This document shows positions 1 through 7,829 of a stretch of DNA of 32,000 nt, piece by piece. The stretch spans positions 1,681,504-1,713,503 of the forward strand of contig NZ_CP010802.1 in assembly GCF_001278055.1 (NCBI RefSeq), written 5' to 3'. A model generated the notes under the pieces. That model did no database searches and was not told where the DNA came from. It saw only the letters and a program-made list of their open reading frames with translations. The first letter of the stretch is position 1. Each line of letters starts with the position of its first letter. The stretch is from Desulfuromonas soudanensis. GTDB lineage: Bacteria > Desulfobacterota > Desulfuromonadia > Desulfuromonadales > WTL. The translations under genes were made by a program, and so were the position numbers.

Positions 1-2
1 AG

Positions 3-521
3 GGCAAACTCAAGGACAGGAGTTTTTTGCAGAAGAAGATCGGCGTTATCGACGTCGGTTTCCGTACCTGCGACTATACCGTCTCGGACAAGATGCGCTA
101 CAGCGAGCGCGGCAGCCGCACCACCGAGTCCGGGATCGCCCGCGGCTTCAACATCATCGCCACCAAGCTCCGCGAGAAGAGCGGCGTCAACATCGAGCTC
201 TACCGTCTGTACGAGGCGGTGGAGAGGGGCTCGATCAAGATCCGCGGCCAGGAGTTCGAGCTCAAGTCTCTCACCGACCAGGTCTTCAAGCAGCTGGCCA
301 CGGCCGTGGCCAACGAGGTCGACCGCCTCTGGGCCGACGACTGGGACATGGATGCGATGATCATCACCGGCGGCGGGGGGAGCGTACTCGAGCCCTTTCT
401 CAAGCCGCAGTTGACCGGCGAACTGATTCCCGCCGAGTTGTCGACCAAAGACCCGCGCTTTCGCAACGTGCGCGGCTACTGGAAATACGGCCGCTACAAG
501 TGGGGGAGCAGCGCGACCTGA
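3..521 (+). CDS. ParM/StbA-like actin-fold ATPase, C-terminal part (5' end lies outside the window)
   Basis: Frame 3 is open from the window edge (GKLKDRSFLQKKIGVIDVGFRTCDY...). DVGFRTCD (phosphate-2-like) and IITGGGG (adenosine-like) motifs fit actin-like segregation ATPases. A strong terminator follows. Confidence 0.6.
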   Translation, partial: GKLKDRSFLQKKIGVIDVGFRTCDYTVSDKMRYSERGSRTTESGIARGFNIIATKLREKSGVNIELYRLYEAVERGSIKIRGQEFELKSLTDQVFKQLATAVANEVDRLWADDWDMDAMIITGGGGSVLEPFLKPQLTGELIPAELSTKDPRFRNVRGYWKYGRYKWGSSAT

Positions 522-549
522 CCAAGTACCTAACCGATATCAAACGAAA

Positions 550-588
550 GGGGGGAGCCGACAGCGGCTCCCCCCTTTTTTTTTTTTT
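550..588 (+). terminator. Rho-independent terminator
   Basis: GGGGGAGCCG / CGGCTCCCCC stem with ACAG loop, followed by a run of 13 T. Confidence 0.85.
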
Positions 589-738
589 CCGAAAAATCGG
601 GGGGGGAAGACGGGGGACGCTTCCCGTGCTTCATATGAAAGGAACAGGAGAAGTGTCCTGAATCTTTTCCATTCCCGTCCCTTGGGAAGAGAATCGGCGA
701 GACTGTTAAAATGTCAAACCCGGAGATGATCCTGTCTT

Positions 739-1095
739 TTAGTTGACCAACATCCGCCATTCGTCCACCCCCAACGCCTCGGCCAGCTTTCTCGCCCGCT
801 CCTTGCCGATGGGGCGTTTGCCGTTTTCCATCTCACTGATGTGGTGCTGCGGGATGCCTGTCAGTGCCGAAAGTTCTTTCTGGGTCAGGTTCTCTCGTGT
901 GCGGTAGGCGCGCAGCGCGATCTGCAATTCCTTGCCGAGATATTCGGGAAAAACCTCGGCGATGGTGTAGGTGTACTCTTCCCCCGCCTCGATGGCGGCG
1001 GCGTATTCCCTAATCTTCGGTACGTTGTGGCGGTGAACGCGCAACTGCACCGTGATCATCTCGTCAATAGGGAGCTTTTTCGTGCGTGCCGGCAT
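739..1095 (-). CDS. XRE-family HTH antitoxin (HigA-like)
   Basis: C-terminal LTQKELSALTGIPQHHISEMENGKRPIGKERARKLAEALGV is a classic Cro/C1-type HTH. It lies directly downstream of, and overlaps, a RelE-type toxin gene. The start could instead be the internal Met at 1059. Confidence 0.8.
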   Translation of the reverse strand: MPARTKKLPIDEMITVQLRVHRHNVPKIREYAAAIEAGEEYTYTIAEVFPEYLGKELQIALRAYRTRENLTQKELSALTGIPQHHISEMENGKRPIGKERARKLAEALGVDEWRMLVN

Positions 1096-1342
1096 AGATC
1101 ACCTCCACCAGTTTGATTTCGTTTCGTTCTTCGCGCCACACCGCCACATAGGTGGGTTTCCCTTTTTTTAGATGACAGTGGTGCAGGTCCGCAGAGAGTT
1201 TCGAGTAGTTGGGCCAGTCGCCGCGCACCGGGCCTCCAGCTTCGATTTCACGAACCAGTTGGAAAAGGAGTTCCCGGACACGGTGCGGGAGTTTTTCTTT
1301 TTGCTTACGTGATTTACCGGTGAAAACTACAATCCACCCCAT
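1064..1342 (-). CDS. RelE/ParE-superfamily mRNA interferase toxin (toxin-first, HigB-like arrangement)
   Basis: MGWIVVFTGKSRKQKEKLPHRVRELL...KPTYVAVWREERNEIKLVEVIYAGTHEKAPY matches the RelE/YafQ-type pattern. I trimmed the track ORF (1064..1405) to the internal Met at 1342. Confidence 0.75.
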   Translation of the reverse strand: MGWIVVFTGKSRKQKEKLPHRVRELLFQLVREIEAGGPVRGDWPNYSKLSADLHHCHLKKGKPTYVAVWREERNEIKLVEVIYAGTHEKAPY

Positions 1343-1462
1343 ACAGAATATCCCTTCCATGGGTATATCGTCAAGTCGTGAGGTTAAATTTAGGGCATTT
1401 CCCATGCCTCACATGAGTGGAATTTGGGAAGGGCCCAGAATATTTGTAGGCGTCCCAGATAC

Positions 1463-1996
1463 TCAGGGGGTGACCAGCGCCAGAATGGTTTCCACCGCCG
1501 GGCGGTCCGCAGGGCCTTCGCCGACATGGTGCAGGCGCACGATGCCCTCCGGGTCGATGAGGACGTCGCCGCCGCGCTGCATCACGTCCCCTTCCGCCTT
1601 GTGGAGTCTCTGGCCTTTGAGCAGTTCCCTGGCGTACGCCCGCCAGGTGCTCGGCCCCCAGACATCCCAGAAGGTCGCGCTGAGTATGTCGTAGCCTCTG
1701 TAGAGGTCGCGATTGGCGTCGATGAGCAACGGCCATTCGAGGTCGGTCTCGGCGGCGTAGCTGCGGGCGAAAAAGTCGTTCTCGAAGGTGATGATGGCGA
1801 CCTTGATCCGGCGGCGGGCGAAATCGGTTTCGTGATCACGCAACTGCGTGATGTGCGCGCGGCAGGGGAGTCAGCCGAGATGGCGGTGGAACATCAGGAG
1901 CAGCCAGCTGCCGCGGTAGTCTTCCAGACGATGTTCGACGCCGTTGCTGTCGAAGAGGGCAAAAGGGATGGCTGGTTGACCGGTGAGGTTATTCAT
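1463..1996 (-). CDS. Peroxiredoxin-like (AhpC/TSA, thioredoxin-fold) selenoprotein with a UxxC redox motif; TGA at 1871-1873 read as Sec
   Basis: ORFs 1871..1996 and 1463..1870 share one frame and are separated only by TGA. Read-through gives ...WLLLMFHRHLG-U-LPC-RAHITQLRDHETDF.... An AGGAG RBS lies 8 nt upstream of the ATG at 1996. A hairpin follows the TGA. Confidence 0.7.
1835..1852 (-). promoter_or_regulatory. bSECIS-like hairpin downstream of the in-frame UGA
   Basis: On the mRNA: UGA, 18 nt, then AUCACGC-AGUU-GCGUGAU (7-bp perfect stem, GU in the apical loop). Confidence 0.55.
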
Positions 1997-2168
1997 CGTC
2001 GGGACTCCTGGGCAGGTTGCGGATCGCGTAAGGGGAAGAAGAATAGGGAACCCGGGGGCCGGTCGTGCATGTATGATGGGACAGGGGCCTTGCCGCTCAG
2101 GTTGAACATAAGCGCTTCCAATCCTAGAATGAGGCTGTACAACCACAACACAAGAGGAGGTCGAAACA

Positions 2169-2540
2169 ATGATTACAGAAAAACTGCGGGAAGTCCTGAA
2201 GCAGGATGGTGTGGTCGCTCTCGCGACATTAGGCCCGGATGGGCCGCATCTGGTCAATACCTGGAACAGCTATATTCGCGTCTCCGACGACGGCCGTTTG
2301 CTGATTCCGGCCGGTTACATGCAGCATACCGAGGCCAATATTGCCTTCAACCCGGAGGTGTTAATGACCCTGGGGAGCAGCAAAGTTCAGGGTTTGCACG
2401 GACCGGGCGCCGGCTTTTTGATCAAGGGGAAGGCTCGATTCATTACCTCCGGACCGGATTACGATCTGCTCAAGTCCAAGTTCAGCTGGTTGCGAGCCAC
2501 CCTGGCCGTGACCCCCGAATCAGTGACTCAGACCTGGTAG
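2169..2540 (+). CDS. Pyridoxamine 5'-phosphate oxidase-family (FMN-binding split-barrel) protein
   Basis: 123 aa, MITEKLREVLKQDGVVALATLGPDGPHLVNTW..., typical of small PNPOx-like flavoproteins. AGAGGAGG RBS upstream. Confidence 0.7.
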   Translation: MITEKLREVLKQDGVVALATLGPDGPHLVNTWNSYIRVSDDGRLLIPAGYMQHTEANIAFNPEVLMTLGSSKVQGLHGPGAGFLIKGKARFITSGPDYDLLKSKFSWLRATLAVTPESVTQTW

Positions 2541-2592
2541 TTTAAAGGATTCGGGGGAAAAGATCATCTTTCTCCGGATAAACCATTGGGGT

Positions 2593-2630
2593 CAGCCGCG
2601 GACAGAGGAGATGTCTTCTGTCCGCGGCTG
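2593..2630. terminator. Bidirectional hairpin terminator between convergent genes
   Basis: 14-bp perfect stem CAGCCGCGGACAGA / TCTGTCCGCGGCTG. A T-rich tract follows on the + strand. Confidence 0.7.
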
Positions 2631-2653
2631 GCCCCTTTGCATTTTCTGCGGCC

Positions 2654-3853
2654 TCAATAGCCCCCCGTCGCGCCGCCGCCGCCGAAGCTGCCGCCACCGG
2701 GGCGGAAACCCTCGGCCTCCGGTCCTCTTGTCCCGGGAGCCAGGGGCTGGATCGCCGCCAGGGCCTCGGCATCGAGGCCGTAGAGACACGGCTCGAGGAG
2801 GGGCTCGGCGGTGAAGGCTCCCCGGCGCCCGTCGAATCCGGAGCCCAGCCAGCGCATCAGGACAAAGGCCAGCCCGGTCAGGAAGAGCCCGGCGGCCGTC
2901 AGCTCTTCGGCCAGGTGCCCGAAGTGAACGTAGTATTTGAGGGTGAGGATGGAGGCGATCCCGGAGAGGACGGCGAACCAGAGGAGGGCGCGGTTCCGGC
3001 GGACGATTCCCAGGGCCAGGGCCGCCAGGGGGATGAGGGCGGTGAGCACCGCGCACAGGGGGTCGGTCCAGGGCACTTCATGCGCCCCGGGCGACCATCC
3101 GAGCCACTCCCGCCACATAAGGCGGTGGGCGAAGAGGTTCACGTCCAGGTAGATCCCGGCCAATGCTGCGAGGCGCACGGTCTCCAGGCACCAGAGAGAG
3201 CCCCGGGGGAGCTTGTCCCGGTGACGGAGGCGCAGGTGGGACCAGCTCCCTGTCGCAAACAGAAGGAGAAAGAGGACGACCCGGGCCAGGTTCGGCTGCT
3301 GCCAGTGCAGCGCGTCGGCGAGGTGGAAGGGGAGGGCGGATAGGGCGACCATGCCCCCCAGGGCCGCCAGGGCGTATCCGTAGCGGAGGGCGAGGAGACT
3401 GGCGCCGGCAAGGAGGATTCCGTGGGCGGCCAGCCATCCGAGCCTCTCCGCCCCCCCGTCGATCACCGGGATGGCCACCGCCAGGGAAAAAAAGGAGACC
3501 GCCAGCAAGAGCAGCGCCTCTTCGGCGCCGCAGCGGTAGAGGCGGCGATCGTGGATGAGCTTGCGATCGGCGACCCAGGCGCAGGCCGGGGCGAAGATCA
3601 GGAAGAGGAGGGTCATCCCCAGCTCCTCGACTTCCAGAATCACGGCCGGGAGCGCTATGAGTGCCACCACCCCCAGGGCGGTGAAGAGGGCCAGAAGGAT
3701 GCGGATGAAAAGGTTCACCCGGACCAGCTCCGGCCGGTAGCGCTTTGCCACGCCCAGGGCCTGCTCCGGGGAGATCAGTCCGGCCTCTTTCCAGCGCCGG
3801 GACTCCTCCGTCACCGCCACCCGGCGCTCCCCCATCTCGTAGGGGGCGATCAT
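2654..3853 (-). CDS. Polytopic membrane protein (DUF2157-like N-terminus) with a Gly-rich C-terminal tail
   Basis: 399 aa with many hydrophobic segments. N-terminal ...RRWKEAGLISPEQALGV. C-terminus GGGSFGGGGATGGY. The start overlaps the upstream gene's stop (ATGA). Confidence 0.6.
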   Translation of the reverse strand: MIAPYEMGERRVAVTEESRRWKEAGLISPEQALGVAKRYRPELVRVNLFIRILLALFTALGVVALIALPAVILEVEELGMTLLFLIFAPACAWVADRKLIHDRRLYRCGAEEALLLLAVSFFSLAVAIPVIDGGAERLGWLAAHGILLAGASLLALRYGYALAALGGMVALSALPFHLADALHWQQPNLARVVLFLLLFATGSWSHLRLRHRDKLPRGSLWCLETVRLAALAGIYLDVNLFAHRLMWREWLGWSPGAHEVPWTDPLCAVLTALIPLAALALGIVRRNRALLWFAVLSGIASILTLKYYVHFGHLAEELTAAGLFLTGLAFVLMRWLGSGFDGRRGAFTAEPLLEPCLYGLDAEALAAIQPLAPGTRGPEAEGFRPGGGSFGGGGATGGY

Positions 3854-4794
3854 TCGGCGCTCCGGAAGCGGCGGTGAAAGGCGACCAGAGCCGTCACCAG
3901 GGCCGCCGCGGTGACCAGGAAGTAAAGGATGAACCCTTCAATGTCCCAGCGGCTGTTGTCGAGAACGAAGATCGTCACCCCCAGGTAGCCGTAAAGGACG
4001 GCGTAAAGGAGGAAGGCGAAGCTTCGCGTCCGCTGGGCGTAGAGGGCGCTGCAGAAGCCGACCACAAGGAGTCCGGCGAAAAAGGCAGGTCCGGCACCCC
4101 GGGAGCCGACCCCCGAGACGAGGGCGGCGAGGAGGACGTTGACGCCGAGGTGGAGGTGAACGGGGAGAAAGTGGCGTTTCCACCCGAGCCGGGTCTGGAT
4201 CGCTCCCGCCGCAACGATCAGGGCACCGAAGACGAGGGCGTTCTCACGCAGGGCGGTGTCCCAGAAACCGGCTCCAAGGAGACTCGTCTTCACGCCGAGC
4301 CAGGCGCCGAGGGTGGAAAGAGCCAGGGAGAGGACGAGGCGGTTGTCGAAGTAGTGGGCGGCCAGAAGATAGAGGAGGGCGGAGCCGAGGAGCCACAGGT
4401 TCCAGTATTGGGCCAGGAGCTGGTAGCGGAGTTCCAGGTACCCCTGAAGGGTTCCGAGGAGGAGGCACCCGAGGAGGAGGACGTAATCGTAGGCGGCGTC
4501 GGGCGCCGGCCGTCTTTCCGGCGAGAAGCCGCCGCCGCGGCGCAGGCAGTAGGCGAAACACCCCGCGCACCCCAGGGCAATGGCCGAGAGAAGGGCGAGG
4601 TGGCCGATGGAGGCGAAGTACTTGGCGATCAGGAGGCCGAGGCCGGTGGTCAGGGTCAGGATCCCCGCGTAGAGCAGGAGGCGCAGCTCCCAGTGCACGG
4701 AAAAGAGTTCCCGGCCGTAGATCCGGCGCAGCAGCTTGGTCTGGGAGGGGTTCAGAATCCCGCTCCCCTCAAGGTCGTTCAGTGCCTCTTGCAC
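3850..4794 (-). CDS. Polytopic membrane protein (DUF2157-like)
   Basis: 314 aa. GTG start preceded by GAGGAGG. N-terminal LEGSGILNPSQTKLL followed by about 8 hydrophobic helices. Translationally coupled to 2654..3853. Confidence 0.6.
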   Translation of the reverse strand: MQEALNDLEGSGILNPSQTKLLRRIYGRELFSVHWELRLLLYAGILTLTTGLGLLIAKYFASIGHLALLSAIALGCAGCFAYCLRRGGGFSPERRPAPDAAYDYVLLLGCLLLGTLQGYLELRYQLLAQYWNLWLLGSALLYLLAAHYFDNRLVLSLALSTLGAWLGVKTSLLGAGFWDTALRENALVFGALIVAAGAIQTRLGWKRHFLPVHLHLGVNVLLAALVSGVGSRGAGPAFFAGLLVVGFCSALYAQRTRSFAFLLYAVLYGYLGVTIFVLDNSRWDIEGFILYFLVTAAALVTALVAFHRRFRSAE

Positions 4795-4920
4795 ACCTTG
4801 CCTCCTCTGGTCATTTTCTGTCGTTTGGCTTTTGGAACCAGGTTTTCTGTTCTATGGATGCCGGAAGCATCATCGTCATACGTATTGACTCTGATAACTT
4901 CCCCCAGTTGGCAGGCAGCG

Positions 4921-5697
4921 TCAATCCCCTCCGGGCCGGTAGAAGGCGACGGCGTTGTCGTGCAGGACCTTCTCCGCCAGGTCCTCCCCCAATACATCCC
5001 ACACCAGCAGCAGGTCGTCGTCGCTGTAGGGGCGCGGCGCCCGGGTGGAGGGGAGGTCGGTGCCGAAGAGCAGTGCCCCGGGATTGGCCGCGCAGATGGC
5101 GCGAAGGGCCTCCTTGACGTCGAAATCGACCCGTCCGAAGCCGGTGGCCTTGATCCGGGCCCCCCTCTCGACCAGGCGCAGCAGGGTGGGGAAGCCGGCC
5201 TTCGAAAGCCCCAGGTGGTCGATGCTGAGGGCCGGCAGGGCGGCCAGGGTCTCGAAGAGGTCGGGCAGGTCCCGGGAGTCGACGTACAGCTCCGCATGCC
5301 AGCCGGCGACCTCGAACACGCGCCGGGCGAAGTTCTCCAGTTTATCGACCCCTTCCGACCCGCCGCGTTTGAGATTGAAGCGGACGGCCCGCACCCCCGC
5401 CGCATCGAGGCGCAGGATTTCCTCATCGGAGACGGAGGCCGGCAGTTGGGTGACACCGACGAAAGCGGGGCCGAGCTGCGCCAGGGCAGCCAACAGGTAG
5501 CCCTGGTCGAAGGCCTGAAAAGACCCGGAGACGACCGCTCCTCCGGCCAGCTTGAAGCTGCCTGCAGCACGGAGGTAGTCGTCGCAGCTGAAGTTGTCGG
5601 GGAGGTAACCCTGGTTGGGGACGAGGGGAAAGCGGGCATCGATGATGTGGAAGTGGCTGTCGAAAACTTTGCAGGAGGGGGTTTTTCTGTCGGTCAT
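4921..5697 (-). CDS. Amidohydrolase-2 family metal-dependent TIM-barrel hydrolase
   Basis: N-terminal FDSHFHIID (HxH metal motif). Later DHLG and LFGTDLP motifs are typical of COG3618-type hydrolases. Confidence 0.7.
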   Translation of the reverse strand: MTDRKTPSCKVFDSHFHIIDARFPLVPNQGYLPDNFSCDDYLRAAGSFKLAGGAVVSGSFQAFDQGYLLAALAQLGPAFVGVTQLPASVSDEEILRLDAAGVRAVRFNLKRGGSEGVDKLENFARRVFEVAGWHAELYVDSRDLPDLFETLAALPALSIDHLGLSKAGFPTLLRLVERGARIKATGFGRVDFDVKEALRAICAANPGALLFGTDLPSTRAPRPYSDDDLLLVWDVLGEDLAEKVLHDNAVAFYRPGGD

Positions 5698-5723
5698 AAA
5701 AGTTCATCCCGGGGGAAAGTCAA

Positions 5724-5877
5724 CTAACTCTCTGCCTCGCCTTTTGTCTCCAGCAGTCTCTTGCCATGAACAACGGCGACAATCGTCACTACGCCCCGGG
5801 GAGTCTTTCTCAATATATTCGGCAATGGCCTCAACGTCGGCCAAGGCTTGGGGCGACCAAACTACTCGATGAGCCAT
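5724..5877 (-). pseudogene. ParE/RelE-type toxin remnant (internal deletion plus frameshift)
   Basis: Starts with MAHRVVWSPQALADVEAIAEYIEKDSPG (toxin N-terminus, ATG overlapping the antitoxin stop). It then jumps, in another frame, to GVVTIVAVVHGKRLLETKGEAES* (toxin C-terminus). The central part of a normal ~95-aa toxin is absent. Confidence 0.65.
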
Positions 5878-6050
5878 TTTTTCAGGCGCGCCTCCGCCTC
5901 TTCCTGCGTCAGCGTGCCCTGTTCTTCCGCAACCTGAAGGCCATGTTTGATCTTTTCAATGACGTACAGGTGATATTGCACATCTTCCAGGGAACAGTTT
6001 TCAGGAAGTTTGTCCAATAGTTCTCTGACCTCATCCTTTGCGGTATTCAT
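5862..6050 (-). CDS. Small antitoxin-like protein (addiction-module component type)
   Basis: 62 aa, ...LPENCSLEDVQYHLYVIEKIKHGLQVAEEQGTLTQEEAEARLKKWL. Its position immediately upstream of a ParE-type remnant supports an antitoxin role. Confidence 0.55.
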   Translation of the reverse strand: MNTAKDEVRELLDKLPENCSLEDVQYHLYVIEKIKHGLQVAEEQGTLTQEEAEARLKKWLIE

Positions 6051-6371
6051 CTGTATCGTTCCTTTCAGAAGAGCGCTTGTCCGGACAATCCAAGGGGGGG
6101 CAGTTTGAAGGGGACGTCAGGCAACGCTTGCGAAATCATGGGTGGACCGCTAATCCGATTATCCCCGGATGGCAGGAATATTCAAGAGATAAATCGAAGG
6201 CCGGCTCTCCGCTTGAATGGTCGTGAAATGGGGATAGAGTGAAACGGGAGGCTTGCCGAAACCGACCGAGCCTGTACTCCGGTGGACATCCTGGACGAAT
6301 GATCGGGCAAGGACCCGGGAGGCTGGCGGGAATACCACGGCTGTGCAAACGACATGAAAAGGAGAAGGATC

Positions 6372-6878
6372 ATGGCTGCGGGAAAGAGTCCGGCCACGGC
6401 GCCGGCAGGAAAGGACCTCGTGATCACGCGCGTCTTCGATGCGCCGCGCCAACGCCTGTGGACGGCCTGGACCGAGCCCGAGCGGTGCATGCGCTGGTGG
6501 GGTCCGAAAGGCTTTACGTGCCCGGTCTGCAGGATCGATCTGCGTCCGGGCGGCGCCTATTTCAACTGCATGCGCTCCCCCGAGGGGCAGGACTACTGGA
6601 GCACCGGTGTCTACCGGGAAATCGTGCCGCCGAAGCGGCTGGTCTTCACCGATTCCTTCGCGGACGAGCAGGGCAACGTCGTTCCGTCCACCCACTACGG
6701 CATGAGTGCCGACTATCCCCTGGAAATGCTGGTGACGGCAACCTTCGAGGACCTGGACGGCCAGACCAGGCTCACCCTGAAGCACGCCGGCCTGCCGTCC
6801 GGCGAGGAATTAGAAAACTGCCGGGTTGGCTGGAGCGAGTCCCTCGACAAGCTGGTTGAAGAGTTGGCGAAGGATTGA
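6372..6878 (+). CDS. SRPBCC/Aha1-domain protein
   Basis: LVITRVFDAPRQRLWTAWTEPERCMRWWGPKGF... is typical of AHSA1/SRPBCC ligand-binding folds. I chose the ATG at 6372 (AAAGGAGAAGG RBS) over the track start at 6354. Confidence 0.75.
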   Translation: MAAGKSPATAPAGKDLVITRVFDAPRQRLWTAWTEPERCMRWWGPKGFTCPVCRIDLRPGGAYFNCMRSPEGQDYWSTGVYREIVPPKRLVFTDSFADEQGNVVPSTHYGMSADYPLEMLVTATFEDLDGQTRLTLKHAGLPSGEELENCRVGWSESLDKLVEELAKD

Positions 6879-6983
6879 GGCGAACATTCCTGTTAATTCC
6901 AAAACCCTGGATTGGTGGACGACCGGCATTGTTCTTTGGTGTTTTCAAAAAGGAAGGTACGACCTCTCTCGACCTCCCACTCT

Positions 6984-7358
6984 TCAAAATTCCCAAAACT
7001 CAGAGAAATCGAAGGAAAGCTGCCGGTGGTGCTTTATGGCGAGCAGATGGAGTTCATGGTCGCACCGGGAGTAGAGGAGCAGGTAGTCGCCGCGCACCAG
7101 TTCGCGCAGGGTGGTCCCGCTGCCGAGTCGCGCCCGGAGGGTCGCAGCCAGGTCGGCGGCCTCGCGGGAGGATGGTCGGCGGCGGAAGAAGTCGCTCCCT
7201 AAGTCGGGGAACCGTTCGAGGGCGGGGATGACTTCTTTGAACAGGTCGTCGAGCAGGGCTTCAAATTCGGGTTCGGCGTTGGCTTCGTGCAGAAAAGCTT
7301 CGATGGCGTCGAGGTTTTCGACAAAGTGGCGGGTGACGCGAACGGCGGCGTGCTTCAT
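6984..7358 (-). CDS. ParE/RelE-family toxin
   Basis: 124 aa, ...GDYLLLYSRCDHELHLLAIKHHRQL. Overlaps the stop of the upstream Phd-type antitoxin by 4 nt. Confidence 0.7.
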   Translation of the reverse strand: MKHAAVRVTRHFVENLDAIEAFLHEANAEPEFEALLDDLFKEVIPALERFPDLGSDFFRRRPSSREAADLAATLRARLGSGTTLRELVRGDYLLLYSRCDHELHLLAIKHHRQLSFDFSEFWEF

Positions 7359-7639
7359 TCGCCGCGGCCATACCGCGACTTGAGCTCGGCCACCGACAGC
7401 AGATCGCCCGACTCCACGTCATCCCATCCGCGCGCCACATCCTCCAGCAGGGTGAGGTGGATGTTTTCGCGTTCGAGGCGGTGGTAGTAGTCGAGGCGGT
7501 GGGCGGAGATCAGGGCGACGTAAGCCTTGCCGTTGCGGGTGATGATCTTCTCTCGCCCCTGGCAGGCATCCTCGGCCAGTTCCGTCAGCCGGGACCGCAT
7601 CTCCTTGAGGGGGACGATATCCTTGCTGGTGATCGACAT
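7355..7639 (-). CDS. Phd/YefM-family antitoxin
   Basis: MSITSKDIVPLKEMRSRLTELAEDACQGREKIITRNGKAYVALIS matches the Phd/YefM N-terminal domain. AAGGAG RBS. Confidence 0.8.
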   Translation of the reverse strand: MSITSKDIVPLKEMRSRLTELAEDACQGREKIITRNGKAYVALISAHRLDYYHRLERENIHLTLLEDVARGWDDVESGDLLSVAELKSRYGRGE

Positions 7640-7657
7640 GGCGTCTCCTTGGTTGGG

Positions 7658-7689
7658 GTTGCACTTATACGTTAACCGATTCGTGCAAC
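7658..7689. promoter_or_regulatory. Palindromic operator candidate upstream of the phd/parE operon
   Basis: GTTGCAC-TTATAC-GTTAAC-CGATTC-GTGCAAC: 7-bp inverted arms around a central GTTAAC, 19 nt upstream of the antitoxin start. Confidence 0.45.
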
Positions 7690-7829
7690 TCCGACAAGTA
7701 CCAATTCCCCCGCTGATCGTTCAGGCGCCTTTTTTCACGTTGACAGGATGTTAAGCATTGTCCGAGTTTATTGCAAAATTAGGACATAGTGTTCAGACTT
7801 CCAAGTTGATAAGTCCTTGTTCTAAGTTG
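7679..7829 (+). repeat. Repeat family A/B, copy 1 (A1 7679-7781, spacer, B1 7798-7829)
   Basis: A1 aligns base-for-base without gaps to 13875-13977 with about 14 mismatches in 103. B1 aligns to 13838-13869. Confidence 0.85.

Noticed and set aside
1343-1405. N-terminal extension of the RelE-like ORF (MGNALNLTSRLDDIPMEGIFC) in the track. Similar extensions occur on ORFs 14141..14719, 17574..17930, 27121.., 28708.. and 30183...
   Set aside because: Internal Met codons with good RBS and family-typical N-termini or signal peptides give better starts. The extensions overlap upstream genes or lack an RBS.
1871-1873. The TGA in the redoxin gene considered as a plain nonsense mutation, making the gene a pseudogene.
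   Set aside because: Not fully excluded. It is disfavoured because the stop falls exactly at the first redox Cys position, both halves are otherwise intact and in frame, and a suitably placed hairpin follows.
3745-5727. 660-aa + strand ORF, the longest in this part of the track.
   Set aside because: It runs antisense to three well-supported minus-strand genes. Its translation is low-complexity (G/E/A/P/R-rich) with no motifs. This is a typical high-GC shadow ORF.
6051-6371. A 320-bp intergenic region upstream of SRPBCC-1 has scattered riboswitch-like words (CCCGGGAGG, GGCGGGAATA, GTGAAACGGGAGG).
   Set aside because: I could not assemble them into any consensus (cobalamin, ykkC, ZTP or GEMM) in the right order on either strand. 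I leave it unannotated.
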